NCBI GenBank assembly: GCA_965202585.1
Contig: OZ241833.1
Coordinates: 27,528,001-27,592,000, forward strand
Length of the DNA stretch: 64,000 bases
From: Thalia democratica
Lineage: Eukaryota
Direction of reading: 5' to 3'
Shown here in pieces: positions 18,858-32,100 of this stretch (position 1 is its first letter; each line of letters starts with the position of its first letter). The notes below the pieces were generated by a model. That model was not told the DNA's origin. It saw only the letters and a list, made by a program, of their open reading frames with translations, and searched no databases. The position numbers and the translations under genes were made by a program.

Positions 18858-21800
18858 CTCATTACTGTGATTTTGTTTTATATTATGCAATAAGTTACTT
18901 TAAAAAGATATTTTTTTGTGATGAGGTATAGAACTTGTATTCAAATTTTATAAACATCTAATATAAGTAAATGTTATTGATGAGCTTTATTAAAAATGAT
19001 TCATCAAACGAAATAATAGAAATGATAAGAAAAATGATTAAACAAACATAAATGTAAAGCATTAAGTTACATAATTAAATTTAAAATAAAATACAACAAT
19101 TCAAAAGACTTAGAATAAATTTTCAAGTATTTTGGAAGTTTATAAAAACAAACCATTTTAATTTCACCATTTGTGCAGCAAAAAAAAACAAATATTTTTA
19201 AATTAAAAAATAATGAAAACCACTTTTAACATTCTAGTGATCAATTTTATTGATTTAAAGTGTTAAGTTTATTTAAAATAGTTTTAGAATTATCGAATTA
19301 GTATAACCTGAATAAAAATAGTGATCTGATAAAAAAAAATTGTGTAGTTCGTCGTTAAATTGTCCTAACATACAGATAAATGAAAATTGTTTTGAATAAA
19401 GAAACTTTTTATGTTAACAATTTTAAATCATATGTTGTGGCCACTAGGTTAAAATTATCACTTTTTGTATTGATTTATCTCATTTAGCTTAAGCGTACTT
19501 TTACACTTGTCAGAAAAATATCAATTATGATTGAATGAACTTTTTCAAAATAAGATTTTATTTACTGTAAGAATTAAAATTTTTATATGGAACCTACAAT
19601 TTTTTATTTAAGGTCAGAATTTATTTGTAGGTAAATCAAACAATTATTTACACTTAACCTTACTTAATTTTTGTTTTTTTTAATATTTTTAATTGTATTT
19701 TATAAATGGTATGGGTTTGTTAAAAACTAAAACTGACGAAACAATATTTTAATTACAAAATAATTATAAAATGTGTGACCATAATTTATGCTTTGCAATC
19801 GTGATTTCAATGAATTAAAAAGTTTTTTTGAAGTTATATAGTGCAAACTTTTAAACAAAAGTTTTGACTTATTAATATCAAAAAATTGTTCTTCATTTTC
19901 GTATTAAACCTTTAGCAAATAGTGGCGTTAAAAAATTAAACATCTTAGTTTTTAACTAAGTCGTTAAATTCCAACTCGTAATTTAGTTCTTCTCAGACAG
20001 TTTTTATATAATATTTCTAAAGTATGTCTTAGTTGTTTTAATATTTAATTTATATTTAGTTCTTGTCAGTTTTAAAACTTCATTAAACTAATTTAAGAAA
20101 TACTCTAGTTTTGTAATGCATGGTTCTTAGTTATTTAGATTTATATTCGGTGCGTAAGTATTACTGAATACTTTTTAGCAATTTAAAATTTAAATTTTTA
20201 AAACATGTGTGTTATTCTGAGATCAAATTCTTTTGCACTTTTATAGCATACTTTTTTTGTGTTATAGTCTATAATTAGTATTTTGTAGAGGTAAAACATA
20301 AATTTTCGAACAATAGAAACTTCTTAGTGATCCGTCAAACCTCATATCTTTAAGAAAACTTTAGTCTTAATTATTTGTAATTTTTCTTCAAATAGTTGTA
20401 CTTTCTAAAAGGTTATGTACCATAATATTTAAAAATTTTATAGGTTGTCTTACCTTATATTGTTCGGTTATTCTAGCAAAACTTTATGCAATTTACTTAG
20501 ATTATCTACATCAAGTTAGACTCTTAGGTTAATAGGCTTTTACAAAAGAATAATTTTTTTTAAACTTTGCTCAGTAGTTCCTAGATTATTTTACTCAAAG
20601 TTTGTCTACTAAATGTTAAGTACGACTTAAAAAATATTATTTAGTTTCCAACTGCTTTAGACTTAATTCGGTAAAATCATAGTTTTATATTTTTTCAAAA
20701 TCTGTAAATTTTAAAAACTATGTTTTCAATCGATAAAAAACTTAGTTAATAATAAATAGTACACAGTTGTAAAATTTAGAAAAACAGTATAAAAACATGG
20801 TTTAGTCTGTGTTTTAGATCATTATGAAACTTTCAATTATTTTTTTTCAAATTTTGAGTAAGAAAATTACTTAACTAAAAAAAATTATTTGCACGAAGAA
20901 CTTTTTTCTAATTCATTTTTTGAAATTATAACAAAATTATTAAAAATACGTTTACACATGAACTTTTAAAGTGTACCAACTACCATAATACACTGTTTAG
21001 ACAAGTAAACTTAGTAAAAATTTTATTTTTCAATAAGATTGAGAATTCTTTTTTTTTATTTCTAAAGCTAAATTTGATTTAAAGCAGCCAACTGAATAAA
21101 AATCTCGATACAAAAAAATTGTACTAAAAAAAATGAGAGAGAATAAACTTTTTTTTTTTATTTCGAGTGAACCATGACGTGCTGTTGTCTCGGTCGAAGC
21201 GATTTGTGAGCTCTCTGTAGTTTTCATTTCTGACCGTTTATTTTTGCTGCTATTTCGATTGACAGGCATACATTTCAAACGAACCGTTTCCTACCGAGGC
21301 ACCTGCGATGTTTGAATGTTGGTGAAGCGTTCACCGTCAACTTTAAGTAAAAAACTCATTGAAGAGCGCAGTTGCGAATCATTAGTTGTCTTAGCACAAT
21401 TAGATTTTTATGTAAACAAAGAATCTATCTTAAGACTGACGATTGTAAAAATGACTATAAAACGTCGATTAAGCCGGACTGTAAAACGACGTTTTCCTAT
21501 AAATCGTATGTTTTTAATGCAGACCTTAAAATAAACGGCAGCTAAATGTTGAATGCAAATTTTATTCACAAGGTATTTTACTGACAGTTTATTTCGTTGA
21601 CGAAACTTTTCCAGACTTCGTGCATTGTTCTCTTTTTATGGCCTATCGATTAAATTGTAAAAGTTTTTTAATTTTTTAATATATTTGAAATTTTATATCA
21701 TTTTATGCTTATAACAAAAAAACTATTAAATAGCAAAAAACATAAAATCTTAAAAAATTATAAAAAAATGCATTTTTTTAAAACACATAACAACTTGGTT

Positions 21801-23133
21801 TTGTTATTTTTTCATATCTGTTTAAAACAATATAACAATTGATTAAATTCGATAAAACTTCTACAAAATTATAATAATCAATTTTAAAACTGTTTACTTA
21901 ATTTACTTTACCAAATTTTTACAATTTGCATCGAATAATAAATTTATTTAATTGATTAAAAGTTTTTCATAAACTAGAATTTGTATAAAAATTTTAATTT
22001 TACAAATTTATAATGAAACATCCTGTTCAGTAATTGGGTTAAAAATTCGATTCAGCAAGCTTCAAAGGCCGCACTTGACTTTAACTTCCATTCTTAATAC
22101 GCGAGCCACTTAAAAACAATTTTAAATTAATGAGAAACACGCAAGTTTATTGCGAGCAATTAAATTCTGGCTGATTATATGAAAACAAAGTTGTGAATGA
22201 CGCAAGATAAAAGGTGAGAAATTTTCACTTTGATCACAAGTTTGCACCAAAAGCTCTGTATGCTTTCTTAATATAGTTTTGTTAAGGTTTATGAAAGTTT
22301 TGAAGCCAAATCCTCGTGTTTTGAGCACAAGTTTTTACTAAAAGGGGGAAAGTTGTTATTGTTGTTCGCTGGTTCATTGCTTGCCCCACTTGATAGTTCA
22401 ACAACCCTTCATTTTTTGTGAAGGCTGAAGTTGTCTGCCTCAAGTCGAGTGTAATTAGCAGCAACTTGCTTTGTTCAAATCTACCAAGTGTTTAAAGCTG
22501 CACTTAAATAAAGCAGCTAAGAATATATTTGATTTTTGGCTGAATGAATCTTGTGTGCTTGAGTCAAGCTTTGCAAGTTGAGAAATTCAATTAATGTTTG
22601 AAAATATTATTAGTCATTTTTTTTTACTTTAATAATTGTTTTGAAACAATGTCTTTAAGATATTATTAGGTTTTGAAAAAATAACATGTTTAATAAAAGT
22701 TTCAGTCTTTTTAGATATTGACTTATATTATTCTAGATATTTTAAATTTACTATTTGAGTTGATTTTCAACTTCAAACTAATTATATACTTGTCCTAAGG
22801 ATTGGTTTGTAAACAAAATGCGCATGTTAAGTTTATGTGTACTAAATGTTCAAATACAAATAAAACAAAATAATTTATTTAGTAAACTAATTAATCTTCA
22901 TGAAATGATTAAAAGCAGAACAACCTACTTATAGTTTATGTTTTGAAATGAATACCTTACTTTAATAATAAGTATAGTCTAATTTTAAACAGTTTGAAAT
23001 GTTTAGTAAAAATTAATAATAACCTCGATTTCTCATAACCTTTTGTTCTGTTATTAATTGTTTCTTATAATATATATCTTATTTATAAACTTCACCAAAC
23101 ATACTTGTATCTAACTTGACAATTTTACGATAG

Positions 23134-26100
23134 GTGAAGTTTTTGGGCCAACTGTGAGACAGTATTACCCTCAACCAATAGGAGAAGAGATTTCCAGAGT
23201 CATTATGTACGATGGAACAGTAGTGAAAAATATGAAGGATAGTTCAACACAAGTCAGATTAATTTTTCTATATATATAGTTAATCTGGGTTTAGTTTAAG
23301 TAATGAGTCGATTTTTTTTTATATTGACAAAACATATTTTTACTTTAAGAAAAACAACTATAATAAAAATAATTTCTACAATTTAATTATAAAAATTTTT
23401 ATATATATAAAACACGCATGGTAAAGTTGTTTATACTAAAAAATTTTACAAAAAAATACTTTATCTAAGTTCTTAAACCTCTTTTTCAAAGCATCAAAAT
23501 GTTAAATATTTTGTAATATATTTGTAAACAATAGAAATATGCACTTAAATATTTCTACTGTTTACATTAAATATGAAACCATAAACCAAGTTTTATCTGA
23601 CTTAATGAATCTTCATATGATCACTTAAACCTGAAAACATTTTATGTACAGATTTTATGTTTGGACGGAACAGTTCACACAGCAGGTTTCGATGAAGGTA
23701 ATTACCCTAAAGACGACCAAAAAACCCCTAATTCCCCAATTTATGCTGGGGACAGTTACAAAAAGAGTGAGTTTAACTTATATGTTTCTGAATTAGAATT
23801 CTACTTATCTCTTAGGAGGATTTAGCAGGATTAGTTTTTTAAGCTCAAAATTTAAATAGTCTATCCAGGTTCATATTAAAGGCAACATAGAATTCAACAA
23901 CAAAAGTAAGTTGTTATCATCGATGTTTCTGACTATTGTTTCGTCGTTATTTGCAGCAACTATTAAAGCAAAAATAATATTTAGAAATAAATTTTAAAAT
24001 AAAACCATACATAGTGACATACTTTCGATATAAATTACTAAAACAACTTGAATTTATTTATTTTTTACTAGTAAAATCACAGAAAAAAAGCCTAAGTATA
24101 AGTACTAATTCATTATATTAAAGTTACTGGGAAATCAACTTAAAATAAATCATAAAAATTTTCATTTATCAAGTTTAACGCCGAATTAAAAACTCAATAG
24201 CGGTATTGTCAAAAGAGTTAAGAGTTAATCGTTAAAGAATTATTTCAAAGCTTTTCTTTGTTGCTATCACCCCTTTTCATCGCCACTCGAAAATCTTTCA
24301 CTGCAATTAATTTTCTCACGACAGACTCTGTGGTGCAAGGGGGCGTTGTGAAAGGAGGAAATGGGAGAAAATCCAACGCAAAGGAGGAGAAAAGGGCCTC
24401 CAACTCGCACCGGAATCCAGCAGTTTACCTCCAACCATCCGATATATACAAGTTTATAAAACTGTTAATTTTAAAAAGAAATTACTAAACTATAAGTTCT
24501 AAAACATTTATAAAGTCTTTGCAACAATACATAAAAACTTGTAAGTAAATCTGCATGTTTCGCTTTTAAGTTGTAAACTAAAAATATATTGAAAACCCAT
24601 TAAATTTCGGAAACCCTCTATTTTTCTTGAGTTAATTCATTTAACTTTAAAACTCATAAATGACAGGATGTTTAAAAAAAAAGCAGTTTTTTTAGATATA
24701 GTAGTAATTTCAATCAAAAATAAAATAATGAAATACTTAACATTTTCTTCTGATACATTATCTTTTTATTCTAACTAATTAACCAATCACAGATTGGATA
24801 ACGGAGATCATACGGACCACTTGTGGCAGACTACGTCAATATGCGGTGACGTCAGCATCACGTGCCACAACAAACCTTCTCAGCCAATCACCAAGCGAGT
24901 TTGCTACGTCGCCAAGGACCCAATCACTAGAGAGGTGAGTTTGAAAAAAAAGCAAATTGTTATTTTATTTAAAAACAAGATTAGATAAAACAATATTTTA
25001 TATTTCCTAAAGATGGCAGTAAAAAATTCAAACATCAACACTCATTTGGTAAAAAGTTTTTTAGGAAAAAACGAAAGGTTTTCAATATTAAATCGAGCGG
25101 CACTAATCCCAGCTGATTGATCCTTTTCTCTTGTTTCAAACAAAATCTTGTTTGCAGTAAACAAATAGTTTATGCTAAAATCGCCATCTATTTTGCCGGT
25201 AATTACCTTCACTTTGCTAGCAATTGTTACCCCAAACAAGCTTACAAAAATCCTATGAAGTTCAACTCAAATTGACATTAATTTTAATTGCTTTGTCTGC
25301 CTTATTCATGCGTTAAAGTGCATTAAATTGCATTTGAACTGCTTTAATTTTGTCTTCAATTTATAAGATAAAGTTTCATAGTCGGTTTAATTGACTTTTT
25401 ATTCCATTTTAGTATCTTGTAAGTTTTTGTTGACAGTTAAATTATTTTAAATACTTAAAATATCCTGTATTTCAAGTTAGAAATTTTTTAACTTTAAACT
25501 GTTTATCCTGTTTTTATTATCAATAAATTTTACAGCGCATAAATTATTTTTCTTCAATTTAACAAACTTTATAAATTTGAAAAGTACTAAAAAGAAGTTT
25601 TTTATAACAAGTAGATTTTCGTGTTCTTTTAACTACTTGCGGGTCAATATTTACTTGTTTAATTTTTATCAACTTGGGGTGAATAACACAAGGGGTCAGC
25701 AAATCATCAATCACGTGACTGTTTGAGCGTAACCAATCACATCGATTCAATCTTCTGACAAAAACAAATTGCATCAAAAAATAGTTGATCTGTTTCGCAA
25801 TTGGTGTCAGCTCGCTAATTCAATTTGCTTTTTCAGCTGCTATGAGAAAAAAATCCCCTTTAAATCCAATTTGTTTGTGGCGATTCGATTTCACGGCGTG
25901 ACGTAAAAATGTGACGTCACAACTAGCAGATGCGCGATTCCCACCAGCAGCCTGTCAACTTTCACACACATGAAAGCATAAAAATTTGAGATGACCCTCG
26001 AAATGTTTGCGCGTCTTTTGTCATCGCCGCCCTCAATCCAAACACTAAAACCTGACTTGAGCGACTTTTTATATTATAAGCCTTGTTTTTTGTTTTATTT

Positions 26101-29100
26101 TCCGAATAGTGTTTTGTGATGCCGTCGAGCTAAATTTTAATCTATCATCATAAACGCGCTCATGTATGATCTAGAAAGAGGTTATAAGCTGCATTTTGAT
26201 TGATTAGTTGAAGTCACTGGTGTGTGACGGACCAATTGACGGTGATTGGCCAATTTCAAAGTGACAATATCGTGCCAAACGTTATTATGCCCAGGTGCAA
26301 TTTTTCTATCTGCAGTTGCAAATATTATCTGATGTAAAAATATCACACAACTATTTCAAGTAGCTTGTTGTGATTTTCAAAGGGTTGTCAAGTGTGGGCT
26401 ATTAAAATTTCATAATAATGTATAGATAGTTTGAATTTTTATTGCAAGTTTAACAAATATAAAACTAGTTGCAATATATTGGGTAACAAAGTTATAAATA
26501 TTTTTGCGCAGAATTGGATATGTGAAGCGAAAATGTTTGTAATTGATAAATTCGAATGTTTGCATACAAACGAAAACTTATGATTTATTTATAATTTCAA
26601 ATGTTATTAATTGCTTTGAATATGTTTCTGTACTTTCAAATTCTTTTAGCTACTTTCTGCTTTAAGTTTAAAAACCACCGAAAAGTATTAGCATGGAGTA
26701 AACTTTTCAAAATTTGTAAAAGCAAAATTTTGGTTATTTATTTTTTAAGAAAGCAATTGTATAATAAATTATAATTGTTTAGTTCAATGAAAATTTTACT
26801 TATACAATTCGTTTTAAAAACTCCTGTTAAGGACATTTTTTAGAAACTTATATAAAAAATGTTGATAAACCTGTTTTTTTTTAACTTAATGAAAGATATA
26901 GAAAGCTCCGTAATCATTTTTTAATTATTTTTAGTTCTTAAGTGTGTAAATATTGTTGATTTATATATTAGTATATGTTGTAGAAGTATTTGTAAGTGTA
27001 GATAACTTAGTTTTAATAGTTTAACATTATTGTATTTACCTTTAAAATTTCTCTCAATGCAATCAAAATTTTGTAACATAAAGTAAAGTTTAAGCATTGA
27101 AAACTTTCCTTCTTGAAAAGCTGTTAGCTAAGCTTGGAGTCTAGCTTTAGTAAACTTAAAGATTTAAAACTATATTACATAAAACAACTTTTTTATTAGT
27201 ATATGTTTTACAAGTATTTGTAAGTGTAGATAACTTTGTTCCAAGGTAATTTAATATAATTGTTTTTACTTTTACTTTGAAATTAAATCAATACATTAAA
27301 ACAATAAAATTTTAAAACACAATATTTTTCCCAGGTAATGTACAGTTTAGAGGACAGTACAGTTCTGGTTGAAAGACCTGACGGTGGACTGGTTTGTGAC
27401 CACGAAGACGGAACCAGAATAACCAAATTTTTCACCTACGACCAATTCGGTTAGAATTTTTTAAATATTTAATCTCTAAGGTATTTTTTGTTTTAAGCAT
27501 TTTCTGAAACACTCCTTATTACAAGGTAAAGTATAAAATAAAGTTTCTGAATACTAATTTTATGTTTTTTTACAGGCCACATAGTATGGCTGGTTCGAGT
27601 TGAATGTGAAGGATTTGCCACTGTCACATTCGATCTGTCAAATGGCGAGTCCATGACCTTATTTGGAAGTGGTACAACTCTGTCCATGTCTCAGGATCAG
27701 GACTACAAGGTTTAAACGGTTTTATATAGTTTTCTTTTAATTAAAGATACTAGTTCTGCTATTATTTAGGCGTGTGAATCTACTAATAACTGTTTTAATA
27801 GTTTTTGTTTTGTTTTTACAAAAGCTCAAGTTCAGATAAATCAATTAAAAATAACTAAACCTATTTAAAATAAAAGCACCAAAATTATTTTTTGTTTACC
27901 ACAAAAGAAGTTCCAACATCAAATATTAAATAAACAATCAAACAAAGGTTGTTTATTAAAATTAAACCCAAACAACAACAGCTGTCGCATTGGACGGGGG
28001 GAATCTTCGTGCTTTCCCGCGGCGGCACCGCCCTCTACCGACCTGCCCCCGAAAGCCCACCGGCCAGGAAGCGATCGGACACGGACATCAGCAGGGAGAA
28101 CGTCGGGGGTGAGGAGAACTTCTCAGGCGAGGAGGAGCAGGTCACTTATTTGTTGCGTCACAATGACCCCGTCTGCTTCGAAATGAGCGACTTCGACGGC
28201 AACGTTTTTCAGGTTCAAGTTTTGTTTTTTTATAATTTATTTATTTTTATATCAGTTTAAAGTTTTTAAAGCATTTACAAACTGTCAAGTAATTTTTTTA
28301 AGCACAAAAAAAATATCCACTTTTTCTCGAGCTAAACAACTTTCTCCCCACAGATCAGGAACAACGGTTGTGTGACGTCATACAACGCGCATCAGGGCTG
28401 CGTGGAGGAATATGAGGACGAGGAGGGGGAAAACCCTACAATGAATATCGAGGGTCAGCAAAAATACCTGAAAAAATACTCAAAACATCCGCCCAGGTGA
28501 AAATATTTGAACATTGGTTTGACTTATTTTAGAAAGATAAGTAGAGGTTTTTAATCAAAACTGTAAAAATGTAAGGCGAATCTATTTTTTATTTACTGAA
28601 CAATTTGTTAAGTATTTTACAACATTTATATTTTCTTATTTTCAAAATATTTGCTTTAAAAATCTATAAATGAAAACTTAATTTAACTACCTTACGTACA
28701 AGTTAAGAACAGGCTTAATAAAATTTAGTTTCCAAGGACAAAATAATGAACCAGAATTTGCTTTTCTGCTGAATAGGATTAAAAACTCTTAATTCAGTTT
28801 TGTTATGCCGTTAAAATTTCATGCTGCGTAGATGATTTAAAAGTGCAAGTATTTTTGTTCTTTGTGGGAATATTTTTAAAGCAGTGTTTTTGAGTAATCA
28901 ACTGCTACAAGAAAGAAAAATTAAACATCTTTAAATAAATTTTAACGCGGCGCAACATTATATAAAATTTATTTCATGGTTGTAAAGTCATCATCAAAAG
29001 TAATTTATTATCAGTAGTTTAAAACGTTTCCTTGAAAATTTATTAAACATTGTTTAAATACATTTTAAATTTTGTAATAGTTCGTTTAAAGTTTGAATAA

Positions 29101-32100
29101 ATGTTTCTTTTTTTCGTTCAATAGAGAAAACATATTTTTGTAACATATTTTTCTCATAAATTTGTAGTTTTGTCCACAGAATTTGCTAACTAAATGAACA
29201 AAAATAAATAAACTTTAAATATCAAATTAGAATATGTGAAACTAAAAGTTTAAAGTTGTGTACTCTAAAATAAACAAACTAAAGTGCTTATTCTTTTTTT
29301 GCAGATTATTTGTAGTCAAGAATGACGGAAGCGGATACGAATTGTTACGTCATAGTGACGTCAAACCTTCCATACAGGCTGCCGAATTGGACCAGTTCAC
29401 TGCTGTTGTCAAGGACCAGTTGCTAGGTGACACAACTGCAGTTGGTACGTTGCACTCATACATCAATTGCTAAACTAATAAAATTTTATTTTAATTGTTT
29501 GTTGCAGTTATTTACTTGTATACTTGGTTTCTTACAAAGAGCGTTGTTATATTGTAGTTTACTTAAGCTTTTGACTGGTTTATTTTATATTTAAGTAAAA
29601 ATAAATCTAGACCACTGGTTCAAAAACTTTATTGTAGTGGACAGTAAACTACTTAAAAAAATTATATGAATACTAGATAGATTAGTATAGGTTTTATGAC
29701 AAAAAAAATATTAAGGCTGTCTTTATCATGTATAAATGCTTATTGAAAACATTCAAAAGTTAACTTTTCATCAAAAATTAGTATATGTTGTAACTAGTTT
29801 TTTTAGAAATATTACTACCCTCAAATTTATGTGCACAGTAAATTAGTTTCAACTACTACAGTACAAGGGTACACTTTAGAAAATACTACAAGAGAAAGCA
29901 TAATCCGTTTTTTTAATTTATTTTAGTATTACCAAGATAAAAATATTAATTCAAGACAGCAAAAAACAATTTTTTCAGGGTTGACAATAATGCGACCTCA
30001 TCACAACGATCTCGGGCAAGTTTGGAAGTTGGACAAAATAGAAAGCGAAATAATCCCGCCAAATATCAGATCACGTGACCTGCAAACCTACGACTTCTGG
30101 TTGGTTGTTTGTTTGAAGAGTTTCGTAAAAAAAAATGGTTGTTGTTACAATTTATTTTTATTTAAACTTGTAAAAAAATACGCATGCAAAGTTTTTCTAA
30201 ACTAATAAAATAGAAACAGTGTACTATATGTCTATCCTTTTCAGGAAGCCAGTCAGTGAAAAAATCTTCCAATTCGGCCACAAAAAGGGCAGAGGACTAG
30301 CAATTGGGTCGTTGGAGCCGCCAAAACCCACACCAGTGGCCCCAACTTGTCCCGATACATTGGAAGTGCGCCAATTGGTCAGGCATCCGGAAATTTCAAA
30401 CGGTAAGAAAATATCTGCAACAAAAATAATGCTTTAAAAGTTGTATTTTCTCATTTAAATCATCTTGCATTTTGACCTTTCAATTTAACACCTTTCACTT
30501 TCGGTTTTACAATACATAGTTGTCATTGACAGAAAAGCTCTAAGCTGAAAGTAATGAAGTTTCAACGGCTTTTTGTTTGTACTGAGATAAGTTTGAGTGC
30601 TCGACAAACATTCCAATTGTGATTTGTTTGCAATTTTCAGTTAAAATAAGTTTTGTCACCTGCCGTTGATTGCTTTGTAAATTTTCTAAACAAAACTTTT
30701 TTTTGTGCTTAATTTCCTTTAATGCGCTTAAACAGACAATAAAATGTGCTTTATCAAACATACTTGAGTTTTTTCAATAAGAAACTTGTTGTTGCTTTCC
30801 AATTTTTTATCAACAAGTTTTACTATAACTTAGCTATTTTTTAGGCTTGCTTTATATACCATTGATTTTTAAAACATTTTGACAATTTTCTAAATATTAA
30901 AGAAAAAACAATATTTTCTTATTAAAATATCTATAAAACGCCTTATATTTTTTTGTTAAAAGAAAATTAAGCACAATTTAACAAAATACTAACATCCAAC
31001 ATAAACTATTGAACTTTAGTAAAAAATAAGTACAGTTTCTATTTCATTTATGCAATTGAAATTTTTTGTTTTTCTAGTTATTCTATTAGTTTTCATACAA
31101 AGTTCATACTTTGATCGCTTTATTTATTTATTTTTTTACCGATATAGAGTAACATAAAAACAAAATTTTCACAACAATGTCCGCACAGAAACGCGTTCGA
31201 TGCTTCAGAAGAGGTTCCTGGAGTTTGTGAGGAAGTTATCGCGTGAGGAGATCCACAGGAAGCTGATGCAGATGGAAGATCCGAGGGAGGAGGGAGAAGT
31301 GAGGAGGGCGGAGGATCTTCTTACCTTACTCCTCCACTACGACGACAATGTCAAAATGTTGTCTGTACGTTTAACAACAATATTTATTTATAGCAAATAA
31401 AGGTGTTTGAAAATTTAAGGACAAACATTTAATTTTAGTATTTATATATTTTTTTTAATGGAATGTATGTGTAATACCTAGTATTATTTTAATATTGCAG
31501 TACTTTTTACTAATATATGTTTTATTGTTTGTCGTTATGATTTAAATATTGCTCATATGCCTCATTATACTTTCAATAGTTTTTAACGTTCAAAATCTAA
31601 AACAGCCAAGTCATGCATCCAACTTATACGCATTGTCTAGTGACACGTTTAATCGTCGATAATTCTTCACCTTATCAAATGCAAACAACTTTCACATTTT
31701 AACTTGAATCAACAACTGAGGCCATTGTCATGTCTCTACAAAAAAAGATGAATCTTTTTTGAAGGATTTAATGTAACAAAATCCGTTTTTTTGTCCATTT
31801 CATTGCCCATCAGTGATAGATCAAATATTTGTTTAGTCATTTGCATTTCGGCCTGGTAATAAAAAGTGGCGAAAAGTGACAAGTGTTTGTTTTACGACGC
31901 GAAATTGTTTTGTTTTCGCCGCCTAAGTGCTTTTTGTTTGGTCAGCAGTAAAGTTTGTTGTTTGGAAATTTGGGTTTTGTTTACAAACGAAAGCTTTTAA
32001 TTCATCTGTTCAGCTGAAATTTAACCGGCCATTTTCTCTTACGATTAAATAAAAGCTTGTGCTTTTAAAGTCGTAAAAAGTAATGAAAGTTTTTGTGTTA

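Larger units (their letters stand above)
1..20391 (+). repeat. Tandem segmental unit A (~20.4 kb; register set by window start)
   Basis: Window start ...aaaaggttatg recurs at ~20407, ~39801 and ~58722. Exon-1 starts at 3313, 23134, 42476 and 61439 give periods of 19,821, 19,342 and 18,963 bp. Confidence 0.95.

Noticed and set aside
21030-21278. Minus-strand ORF MKCMPVNRNSSK... recurring in B, C and D
   Set aside because: Copy A has an in-frame TAA, the tails differ in frame and length, and a flanking candidate exon has stops in all three frames.
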